From Armatimonadota bacterium (lineage in GTDB: Bacteria; Armatimonadota; UBA10988): a stretch of 17,384 nucleotides of DNA. The notes beneath the pieces were generated by a model. That model had not been told where the DNA came from and did no database searches. It saw only the letters and a list, made by a program, of their open reading frames with translations. The DNA lies in assembly GCA_016235455.1 (NCBI GenBank), contig JACRKZ010000077.1, positions 1 to 17,384 of the forward strand, given 5' to 3'. A program made the position numbers and the translations under genes. This document shows, in pieces, positions 1 through 7,209 of the stretch (the first letter of the stretch is position 1; every line of letters begins with the position of its first letter).

Positions 1-378
1 CGCTTCTTCCGCCGCGACCATCTCCTGCAGACGCGCGACTTTGTGGACAAGTACGGCCCGGCCGGGCTGATCATGGCGCGCTTCGTGCCGTTCGCGCGGT
101 CCTTCGCGCCGGCTGTGGTGGGCATCGCCGAGATGCCGTACCGCCGGTTCGTCGGCTACAGCGTCATGGGCGGCCTGTTGTGGGTCTGGTCGATGAGCCT
201 CATGGGCTTCTACTTCGGCAAGATCCCGTTCGTCCGCCAGCACATCGAGAAGGCCATCCTGGTGGTCATCTTCGTGTCGGTGATGCCCGTCTTCATACAC
301 TGGTTCAAGGCGCGACGCCAGGCAGCGCACAGGGCGGTGACAACGGACCAGGCCGCGACGCCGACACCCGAGCGCTAG
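1..378 (+). CDS. dedA: DedA/VTT family membrane protein (5'-truncated by the window edge)
   Basis: Frame 1 is open from base 1 (RFFRRDHLLQTRDFVDKYGP...). It carries the DedA signature 'KYG...ARFVPFARSFAPAVVGIAEMPYRRF', followed by two hydrophobic helices (SVMGGLLWVWSMSLMGFYFG; AILVVIFVSVMPVFIHW). Stop TAG at 376-378. Confidence 0.9.
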   Translation, partial: RFFRRDHLLQTRDFVDKYGPAGLIMARFVPFARSFAPAVVGIAEMPYRRFVGYSVMGGLLWVWSMSLMGFYFGKIPFVRQHIEKAILVVIFVSVMPVFIHWFKARRQAAHRAVTTDQAATPTPER

Positions 379-511
379 GCCGCCCGTGCGGCCGACCTTG
401 CCGATCGGGTGCAGAAGGGCGTAGCGTCCAGGCCGCGAACTGCCTTAGCGACGACGTCCGCCGGTGAGCAGTCGCTGTGATGCAGTCCACCGCGCGGGTC
501 TGGAAGCCGCC

Positions 512-1660
512 ATGTGGATGCCTTCGGTTCTGGTTCTGCTGGCCGTGATGGCCGGGCCCGCCGTGTCGGCCGAGCGTCAGGTGTACTGGGGTGATGTGCA
601 TTGCCACACCGACCATTCCGACGGTACGGGCAGCCTCGAGGCGCTTCTGACCTACGCTCGGGACGTCGCGCACCTCGATTTCGTCATAGTCACCGATCAC
701 GATTTCGGCCACGGTCATCCGTGGTGGATGGCCAACGAAGAATGGCAGTTGATCCAGGACACGATCGACTCCTTCACGGTCCCGGGCCGCTTTGTGGCCA
801 TCGCTGGCTATGAGTGGACCTCTCAACCCAAGTACTGGACCGAGGTTGGACCTGGCATGGCGTCCGAGCGGATCTTCCCGGGTCCCCCGCGGTACTACAA
901 CCACAAGAATGTCTACTTCCCTGGCCGCGCTGAGCGGATGTTCAACGCCAAGGACCGGTCCTGCTTCACCCCTCGCTCCTTGGCCGCGGCCGTGCAGCGG
1001 GCGGGCGGTCTGATCCAGAACAACCACCCGGACGCCGGGCCTGAGGGCCGCGACCAGTTTGACTATGACACCGGCGGCGACGGCGTCATCGCGAACACGG
1101 AGATGGGCGCCGATACTGTCCACTACGGCGGAAAGACCTACGAACTGGGCTGGGAGCGGCTGCTGCGGGGCTTCTTGGCTCGTGGCGGTCGAACGGGTTT
1201 CGTCAAGGGCACCGACACGCACGAAGGCAAGCCGGCCGCTCGGACCGCTGTACTGGCCGGCGAACTGACTCGCGCCGCGTTGTTCGAGGCGCTGGCCAGT
1301 CGCCGAACCTACGCGGTATCGTACAGCCGGATAGGTCTCGACTTGCGCATCAACGGCCACGCCATGGGCGAGGAGATGACGATCAACGGAAAGCCGCGCA
1401 TCGCGGCCTCGGTGGCGGGGACGGCCCTACTGGCCGATGCAGCGGTGATACGTGATGGCCAGGTGTTGCGCCGGCTCAAGCTGGATGGGTCGCGCGCGAC
1501 TCTGGCCTTCACCGACGAGTCCTTCGACGGTGCCGCCTACTACTACCTGCGCGTTGTCCAGGCAGATCAGGACGACAACCTCGATCCATCCTACGCTTGG
1601 TCTAGCCCGATCTGGGTGAAGGAGCGCCGGCACCAGGCTCGCCTTGGCACGCTGCAGTAG
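512..1660 (+). CDS. Secreted PHP-fold metallohydrolase (CehA/McbA-like / DUF3604-like)
   Basis: Signal-peptide-like N-terminus (MWMPSVLVLLAVMAGPAVSA|ERQ). PHP metal-ligand motifs GDVHCHTDHSDG, VTDHD, GYEWT, HKNVYF, NNHP, GTDTH. Family-typical tail YYYLRVVQ...AWSSPIWV. Start taken at ATG 512 (ATG 518 is an alternative) rather than GTG 464. Confidence 0.8.
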   Translation: MWMPSVLVLLAVMAGPAVSAERQVYWGDVHCHTDHSDGTGSLEALLTYARDVAHLDFVIVTDHDFGHGHPWWMANEEWQLIQDTIDSFTVPGRFVAIAGYEWTSQPKYWTEVGPGMASERIFPGPPRYYNHKNVYFPGRAERMFNAKDRSCFTPRSLAAAVQRAGGLIQNNHPDAGPEGRDQFDYDTGGDGVIANTEMGADTVHYGGKTYELGWERLLRGFLARGGRTGFVKGTDTHEGKPAARTAVLAGELTRAALFEALASRRTYAVSYSRIGLDLRINGHAMGEEMTINGKPRIAASVAGTALLADAAVIRDGQVLRRLKLDGSRATLAFTDESFDGAAYYYLRVVQADQDDNLDPSYAWSSPIWVKERRHQARLGTLQ

Positions 1661-1686
1661 GGGGTGGATCTGCGGCGTCGGCTGCC

Positions 1687-2778
1687 CTAGGGCGGCAAGG
1701 CTTGAGCACGCGGCACCCGTGGCAGGGCCCGATCGACGAGCGCTCGACGGCAAGGTACGTCGGCCACGTCGCCCACGGACACGCCCGATACCGCGCTCAC
1801 ATCCACCGCGCACGACTGCATGGACACTCGACCCAGCACCGGGCAGCGCACGCCGCCGATACGCACCGCCGGCTGGTCCGGGCGCAGCAGCGCCTTCAGT
1901 CCGCGCAGCCCGCGCGTCACGCTGCCCGGCTGCAGCGTGAAGCCCTGCTGCCAGCCGATCAGCAGCGTGCCCACCAGCGTCTCGCGTGCCAGCCGGCACT
2001 CGCTGCCATAGCCGATGGTGGCGCCCGCGGGCAGCTTCCTGACTTCGACCAGCGCCGCCTTCAGCGCCCAGGTCGGCCGTAGATCCAGCACGCGCGACAC
2101 ATGGGCGCTGGGATACTGGCCATACAGCAGTGTGCCCACGCGCACCATGCCCAGTCGAGCCTCCGGCAGATCGACCGTGGCGGCGGAGTTGGCGGCATGG
2201 AGCAGCAGCGGGCCGTCCACCTGGCCGACCGCCTCGCCGAACGCCGCCAGTTGCCGCCTTGTGGGCGCCTTGTCTCGGTCCAGTGCGGTGGGAAAGTGCG
2301 TGAACAGGCCGTCCAGCCGCAGTGATGGCTCGCCCCGCACGGCGGCTACCAGCGCCGGCAAGCCGGCCGGCTGCGTCCCGTCGCGGCCCATGCCGCAGTC
2401 GACCAGCAGGTGCACCTCAGCGGTGGTGCCGGCTGACTCGCCGGCGCGGGCCAGGCGTGCCGCCGCGGCAGGGCCGGTGAGCGTCGCGGTGAGCCCAAGC
2501 GCCACCACGTCGGCGCACTCGTCGGGCGTGTGCGAGGCCAATAGCAGGATCGGTGCGGTGAGACCGGCGGCCCGCAGTTCGGCGGCCTCGGCCACCGTGG
2601 TCACGGCCAGCCGGGTGGCGCCACCAGCCAGGAACGCTTGCGCGGCGAGGACGGCGCCGTGGCCGTAGCCGTTGGCCTTGACCACCGCGCAGAGCTCGAC
2701 ACCTGGGCCGACGAGATCCGCCACCTGGCGAGCGTTGTGGGCCAGCGCGGTGGTGTCGATCTCGACCCAGGCGGTCAC
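1687..2778 (-). CDS. alr: Alanine racemase-like PLP enzyme (fold type III), divergent
   Basis: AWVEID start, PLP-lysine motif AVVKANGYGHG, THF, HAANSAA, MVRVGTLLYG, catalytic Tyr in GATIGYG, and GRVSM. GGAG ribosome-binding site overlaps the ackA stop codon. Confidence 0.85.
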   Translation of the reverse strand: MTAWVEIDTTALAHNARQVADLVGPGVELCAVVKANGYGHGAVLAAQAFLAGGATRLAVTTVAEAAELRAAGLTAPILLLASHTPDECADVVALGLTATLTGPAAAARLARAGESAGTTAEVHLLVDCGMGRDGTQPAGLPALVAAVRGEPSLRLDGLFTHFPTALDRDKAPTRRQLAAFGEAVGQVDGPLLLHAANSAATVDLPEARLGMVRVGTLLYGQYPSAHVSRVLDLRPTWALKAALVEVRKLPAGATIGYGSECRLARETLVGTLLIGWQQGFTLQPGSVTRGLRGLKALLRPDQPAVRIGGVRCPVLGRVSMQSCAVDVSAVSGVSVGDVADVPCRRALVDRALPRVPRAQALPP

Positions 2779-2787
2779 GGGCGGCTC

Positions 2788-3987
2788 CTAGGCCAGCACG
2801 ACGCGGCGCGTATCACGGGCGATGACCAGTTCCTCATCGACCGCGGCCATGACCACGGCCACACGGGAATCGGGCGCTGAGATAAGGCCTGCCCGACTGC
2901 GCATGGCGGCCTCGTTGGCGGCCGGGTCGAGCTTCACTCCGAGGTGGCTCAGCCGGCCACAGAGGTGCGCGCGCAGGTCTGGGTTGTTCTGGCCGATGCC
3001 GCCACCAAATGCCAGCACATCCAGCCCGCCCATATCGGCGATGTAGGCGCCCAGGTAGCGCGTGGCACGGTGCAGGAACAGGTCGATGGCGAGCTTGGCG
3101 CGCGGCTCGGCGCTGGCCTTCAGGTCGCGCATGTCGTTGCTGAAGCCGCTGACCCCGCGCAGCCCCGACTGCCGGTTGAACAGGTTGCTCAGCTGCTCCG
3201 GGCTCTGGCCTTGACGGAGCAGGTGCAGCACCGCCGCGGGGTCCAGATCGCCGCAGCGCGTGCTCTGCACCAGGCCCTCGAGCGGCGTGAAGCCGGTGCT
3301 TACCGCCACGCTGCGGCCATGGTCCAGCGCGTTGGCCGTGCAGCCGCTGCCCAGCATCAGGCTGACGATGCGCAACTCGCTCTGGGGCCGTCCCACGAAC
3401 CGCTCCACCTGCTCGACAATCGAGCGCAGCGCCACGCCGTGGAAGCCATAGCGGCGCACGCGATGCTCGGTGTAGAAGGAGCGCGGCAGGCCGTAGAGGT
3501 AGGCCTCGGGCGGCAGCGCGTGGTGCAGCGCGTTGTCGAAGACGCAGACCTGAGGCGTGTTGGGCAGGGCCTCGGCGCAGGCGCGAATGCCGGCCAGGTT
3601 GGCGGGATTGTGCAGCGGCGCCAGATCGCAACAGGCATCGAGCGCGGCCATGACCTCGGCGGTGGCGGGGACCGAGCCGCTGAAGGCCTCGCCCGCATGG
3701 ACCACGCGATGGCCGACGGCGTCCAGTTCGTCCAGCGTGGCGACCACGCCGTGCTCGGGGTCGGCCAACAGCTCCAACACACGGCGAATGCCGTCCAGGT
3801 GCGTGCGGCAGGGGCGCTCCTCGTCCAGCGCCACGCCGTCGCCACCCTCGTACGAGAGCGCCGCCTGGTCGGTCCCCACGCGTTCGATGGTCACCTTGGC
3901 CAGTGACACGGCGTCGGATTCCGAGCGGACCTCATACACCTGACACTTGATCGACGAACTGCCGCTGTTGAGCACGAGTATCTTCAT
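2788..3987 (-). CDS. ackA: Acetate/propionate kinase family protein, divergent
   Basis: MKILVLNSGSSSIK, GHRVVH, LAPLHNP, VFD, RRYGFHG, GFTPLEG, TRCGDLDP, NDMR, GGIGQN and EELVIARDT all match the acetokinase family. Confidence 0.9.
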   Translation of the reverse strand: MKILVLNSGSSSIKCQVYEVRSESDAVSLAKVTIERVGTDQAALSYEGGDGVALDEERPCRTHLDGIRRVLELLADPEHGVVATLDELDAVGHRVVHAGEAFSGSVPATAEVMAALDACCDLAPLHNPANLAGIRACAEALPNTPQVCVFDNALHHALPPEAYLYGLPRSFYTEHRVRRYGFHGVALRSIVEQVERFVGRPQSELRIVSLMLGSGCTANALDHGRSVAVSTGFTPLEGLVQSTRCGDLDPAAVLHLLRQGQSPEQLSNLFNRQSGLRGVSGFSNDMRDLKASAEPRAKLAIDLFLHRATRYLGAYIADMGGLDVLAFGGGIGQNNPDLRAHLCGRLSHLGVKLDPAANEAAMRSRAGLISAPDSRVAVVMAAVDEELVIARDTRRVVLA

Positions 3988-4003
3988 GGCCAGACAGTCT
4001 ACC

Positions 4004-6613
4004 TCATTGAGCGCGGCCGGCGTTGGCGCAGGCTTCGGCGAGATGGCGCAGCAGTGTGACCGGCTGATAGGGCTTCTGCACGAAGCCCGAGAGTCCGGCC
4101 AGCGTGCCGCCGTCGCCGCCGATAGGCTGCGGGTAGCCGCTCGACATGACGACGGGCAGGCTCGGCCACAGGCGATGGACCTCGGCCAGCACCTCGGCGC
4201 CGCTCATGCCGGGCATGGTCAGGTCGAGCAGCACGACGTCCACCTCGCCCTCGCGCCGCCGCAGCTGCGACAGCGCCTCCACCCCGTCTTCGGCGATGAC
4301 CACCTCACAACCGGCCTGTTGCAGCACGGCTTGGGCCACCTGGGCCACATCGTGTTCGTCATCGACCACCAGCACCGTGCGCCCATGGCCCCAGTCGCCG
4401 ACCTCGGTCCAGGCGTCGGTCGGTCGGGCGGCGGCGTCGGTGCCGCGGGGCGCCACTGGCAGGAGCACCTCGACCGTGGTGCCGCGGCCGAGCTGGCTGG
4501 TGACCAGAATGGCCCCGCGGTGGGCGCGGACAATGCCCAGCACCGCGGCCAGCCCCAGGCCGCGACCGGTGAACTTGGTGGTGAAGAACGGGTCGAAGAT
4601 GCGGGCCACCGTGGCCTCATCCATGCCCGCGCCGTCGTCCTGCACCAGCAGCGACACGTACTGGCCTTCGGGCAGCCGGTCAAAGCTGTGCGCTCGCAGC
4701 AGTTCGTCGCGATCGACTGACTTGACCGACGTGCGCACCACAATGTGGCCCGCGCGCGCGCCCAGCGCGTCGGAGGCGTTGGTCAGCAGGTTCATGATGA
4801 CCTGCCTCAACTGCGTGGCGTCGCCCAGGATCAGCGGCAGATCGTCATCCGAGAAGACTTCCAGCAGCGCGAGCTTGCTGACGCTCACGTTGAGCAGATC
4901 GGCCATCTCGGTGACCAATTCGGCCAGATCCAGCGGGGTGACCAGGAACTGGCCCTTGCCCGCATAGGCCAGCAGTTGGGCGATCAGTTCCGCCGCGCGA
5001 CTGGAGGTGGTCTCGATGCGCTCCAGGTAGGTCAGGACCGGTGAGTCGGGTGGGAGATGGTGCAGCGCCAGGGCGGCGTTGCCCATGATGCCGGTCAGCA
5101 GGTTGTTGAAGTCGTGAGCGATGCCGCCAGCCAGGACGCCCAGACTCTCGAGCTTCTGCGCGTGGAGCATCTGCTGCTCAAACACGCGCCGCTCCTCCTC
5201 CGCGTCGCGCCGCCCGGTGACGTCACGGACCACGGCGCAGATGGCTTCGCGTCCGCCGTAGCTGATGCGGTTGGCCTTGACCTCGGCCTCCACCCAGCGT
5301 CCGTCGCGCCGGCCGAAGCGCACTTCGACCACATGGTCGCCCTCGGGCGCCACGGTGGTCAGGTAGCCACGGATCTGTTCGGCCGCATCGCCCAGCAGCG
5401 TGTCGAGCGTGACCCCGGCCAGCTCCTCGTGCTCGTAGCCCACGAGTTGCAGCAGCGCCGGATTGGCCTCCAGCAGCCCCATGCTGGCGGCATCGACCAG
5501 CAGGATGCCCTCGGAGGTCTGGGTGATCACCGAGCGATAGCGCAGGTCGCTCTCGGCGCGCTCGTTCTGCGAGCGGCGCACGGCGTCCAACATGCCATTG
5601 AGCGCGTCGGCCAACTGCGACAGCTCGTCCTGCCCGCCCACCGAAACCCGCGCGTTGAGGTCGCCGGTGGCGCCAATCTGCGCCACGTCGGCATTGAGCC
5701 GGGCGAGGCGCGAGAGTACGGCGCGCTCGATGAGCATGAGCATGACCAGCGAGAAGAACAGCACCGCGATGGCCACCATGAAGCCCAGGTAGGTGACCAC
5801 CTGATGCCCCTTGGCATTGATGGGCCGGCTCTGCACACCGCGCAGAATGACGGCGGGTGCTTGCTCGATGTCCTTGAGCAGGGCGTAGCCGGCGATGCGG
5901 TTCTCGCTGATTGGGCGCACCGCCAGTTGGTCGCGCTCGCTCATCATGCCCCAGGCCTGGCGGCAGTCGAGGGGCAGGCCGGGGTCGTCCAGTCGATGCA
6001 CCTCGAGCTGCAGCGAGGCAAAGTCGCCCCACTCGGCGGTCTTGGCGGCGTCGAGCTTGCGCGCGAAGAGGAGCACGCCACGGTCCGGCCCCCGTCCGTC
6101 GGTGCTGCGAATGGGCCGTGTGGCCACCAGCAGCGGATCGGGATCGGCGAGAATGAGCCCGCGCGTCAACAAGTAGTCTGCGGTGCCATGCTGCCCCAGC
6201 AGGCGTTTCAGGTAGGTCGTCAGCGGCTTGGGCACAGGCGCGGCGCGGTTGGTGAGCAGGTCGTGGCCGTGCTCATAGATGACCCGTCCGTTGAGGTCGA
6301 GGGCGACCACGGCGCTGATCTTGAGTGTGTTGAAAGTCTGCGGCACCAGGTTCCGTGGCGCAAAGTCCTTATCGCGCCCGGTCACCCAGGCCACGGATTC
6401 GTCCCAGTTGGCCCAGTCCGAGACGCTGGTGTCGATATCGAGCAGTTCGTTGAGGAAGACCACCGCCACCCGCGCCGCGTTCTGGCGCAGAACCTCGGTC
6501 TCCATCGCGATGAAGTCGCGCTGTACGGCGCCCCTAAAGCCCAGAAACAGCGATGTGATCAGCCCCGCGGAGGCGACAAACATGATGCGGAGTGTTTTGT
6601 TCCGAAGCGTCAT
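4004..6613 (-). CDS. Membrane hybrid sensor histidine kinase (TM-CHASE4-TM-HAMP-PAS-HisKA-HATPase-REC; CckA-like core), 869 aa
   Basis: Likely start ATG at 6613 (MTLRNKTLRIMF, then a TM helix). CHASE4 motif DWANWDE; HAMP (DELSQLADALNGML); PAS (EGILLVD...EANP...VVRDVT); H-box QKLESLGVLAGGIAHDFNNLL; N-box QVIMNLLTNA; G/F boxes DDGAGM, IFDPFFTTK, GRGLGL; receiver LVVDDE...LLDLTMPGMSG...FVQKPY. The ORF-track extension to 6904 overlaps the next gene and is not adopted. Confidence 0.92.
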   Translation of the reverse strand: MTLRNKTLRIMFVASAGLITSLFLGFRGAVQRDFIAMETEVLRQNAARVAVVFLNELLDIDTSVSDWANWDESVAWVTGRDKDFAPRNLVPQTFNTLKISAVVALDLNGRVIYEHGHDLLTNRAAPVPKPLTTYLKRLLGQHGTADYLLTRGLILADPDPLLVATRPIRSTDGRGPDRGVLLFARKLDAAKTAEWGDFASLQLEVHRLDDPGLPLDCRQAWGMMSERDQLAVRPISENRIAGYALLKDIEQAPAVILRGVQSRPINAKGHQVVTYLGFMVAIAVLFFSLVMLMLIERAVLSRLARLNADVAQIGATGDLNARVSVGGQDELSQLADALNGMLDAVRRSQNERAESDLRYRSVITQTSEGILLVDAASMGLLEANPALLQLVGYEHEELAGVTLDTLLGDAAEQIRGYLTTVAPEGDHVVEVRFGRRDGRWVEAEVKANRISYGGREAICAVVRDVTGRRDAEEERRVFEQQMLHAQKLESLGVLAGGIAHDFNNLLTGIMGNAALALHHLPPDSPVLTYLERIETTSSRAAELIAQLLAYAGKGQFLVTPLDLAELVTEMADLLNVSVSKLALLEVFSDDDLPLILGDATQLRQVIMNLLTNASDALGARAGHIVVRTSVKSVDRDELLRAHSFDRLPEGQYVSLLVQDDGAGMDEATVARIFDPFFTTKFTGRGLGLAAVLGIVRAHRGAILVTSQLGRGTTVEVLLPVAPRGTDAAARPTDAWTEVGDWGHGRTVLVVDDEHDVAQVAQAVLQQAGCEVVIAEDGVEALSQLRRREGEVDVVLLDLTMPGMSGAEVLAEVHRLWPSLPVVMSSGYPQPIGGDGGTLAGLSGFVQKPYQPVTLLRHLAEACANAGRAQ

Positions 6614-6639
6614 GGCAACGAAGGACCTCGGCTTGTGGG

Positions 6640-6702
6640 CATTGTACCCCGCGCGGCGGGCACCAAACAAGTTGGTGGCGTCCCCGGCGACCGGGTACAA
6701 TG
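6640..6702. promoter_or_regulatory. Putative back-to-back sigma70-type promoters formed by an inverted repeat, with a central palindrome (possible operator)
   Basis: CATTGTACCC (6640-6649) and GGGTACAATG (6693-6702) are a perfect 10-bp inverted repeat. Each arm gives a TACAAT -10-like hexamer pointing at one of the two divergent genes. Centre: CACCAA-N5-TTGGTG (6661-6677). TTGGTG lies 18 bp upstream of the + strand TACAAT; TTGTTT (6670-6665) lies 18 bp upstream of the - strand TACAAT. Confidence 0.6.
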
Positions 6703-6723
6703 TGACGCGAATGGAGTCTGCAC

Positions 6724-7209
6724 GTGATCCTGGCTCGACTCGACCAAGCCGATCGCTATGCCGCGCTGCACCCGGCTTTCGCCGACGCGCTGGCCTGGCT
6801 GCGAGCCACCGATCTGGCGGCCCTGCCTCTGGGGCGCGTGGGCTTGGGTCACGGCGTCGAGGCCATTGTGACCGACGCGCCAGGCCGCGGCCAGCAGCCA
6901 GCAAAGCTCGAAGTGCACCGGCAGACCATCGATATCCAGTTCTGCGTCTCGGGGAACGACATCATCGGCTGGCGACCGGCGGCCGACCTGCATCTGCGCG
7001 CCAGTGACTACGATCCCAGTGCCGATGTCGAGACGTTCTACGACGAAGCGCTCTGCTGGCAGCCGCTGCCCGAGGGCTGCCTGGCCATCTTGTGGCCCGA
7101 GGACGGTCATGCGCCTTTGGGCTGCCCTGCGGGCACGCCGCTGCTCAAAGTGGTGGTGAAGGTGCCCGTACGCGACGGGCACCCTCAGCCACTTCGGCTA
7201 CTTCGCTAG
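6724..7209 (+). CDS. YhcH/YjgK/YiaL (DUF386; NanQ/TabA-like) family protein
   Basis: MI...YAALHPAFADALAWL, LEVHRQTIDIQF, DYDPSADVETF, AILWPEDGHAP, LKVVVKV match the family pattern (E-x-H...IDIQ; P-x-D-x-H-x-P; K-x-V-x-K). GGAG at 6713-6716 precedes the GTG start. Confidence 0.9.
   Translation: MILARLDQADRYAALHPAFADALAWLRATDLAALPLGRVGLGHGVEAIVTDAPGRGQQPAKLEVHRQTIDIQFCVSGNDIIGWRPAADLHLRASDYDPSADVETFYDEALCWQPLPEGCLAILWPEDGHAPLGCPAGTPLLKVVVKVPVRDGHPQPLRLLR

Noticed and set aside
378-393. Hairpin GGCCGC-ccgt-GCGGCC right after the dedA stop
   Set aside because: Only a 6-bp all-GC stem with no U-tract; expected by chance at this GC content, so not called as a terminator.
1681-1696. Near-palindrome GCTGCC-CTAG-GGCGGC over the alr stop codon between convergent genes
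   Set aside because: Short, one mismatch, no U-tract on either strand; insufficient to call a bidirectional terminator.
6614-6904. 97-aa N-terminal extension of the histidine kinase in the ORF track
   Set aside because: Arg/Pro-rich, non-protein-like, and overlaps the YhcH gene and the promoter-like spacer. ATG 6613 gives a normal N-terminus followed by a TM helix.
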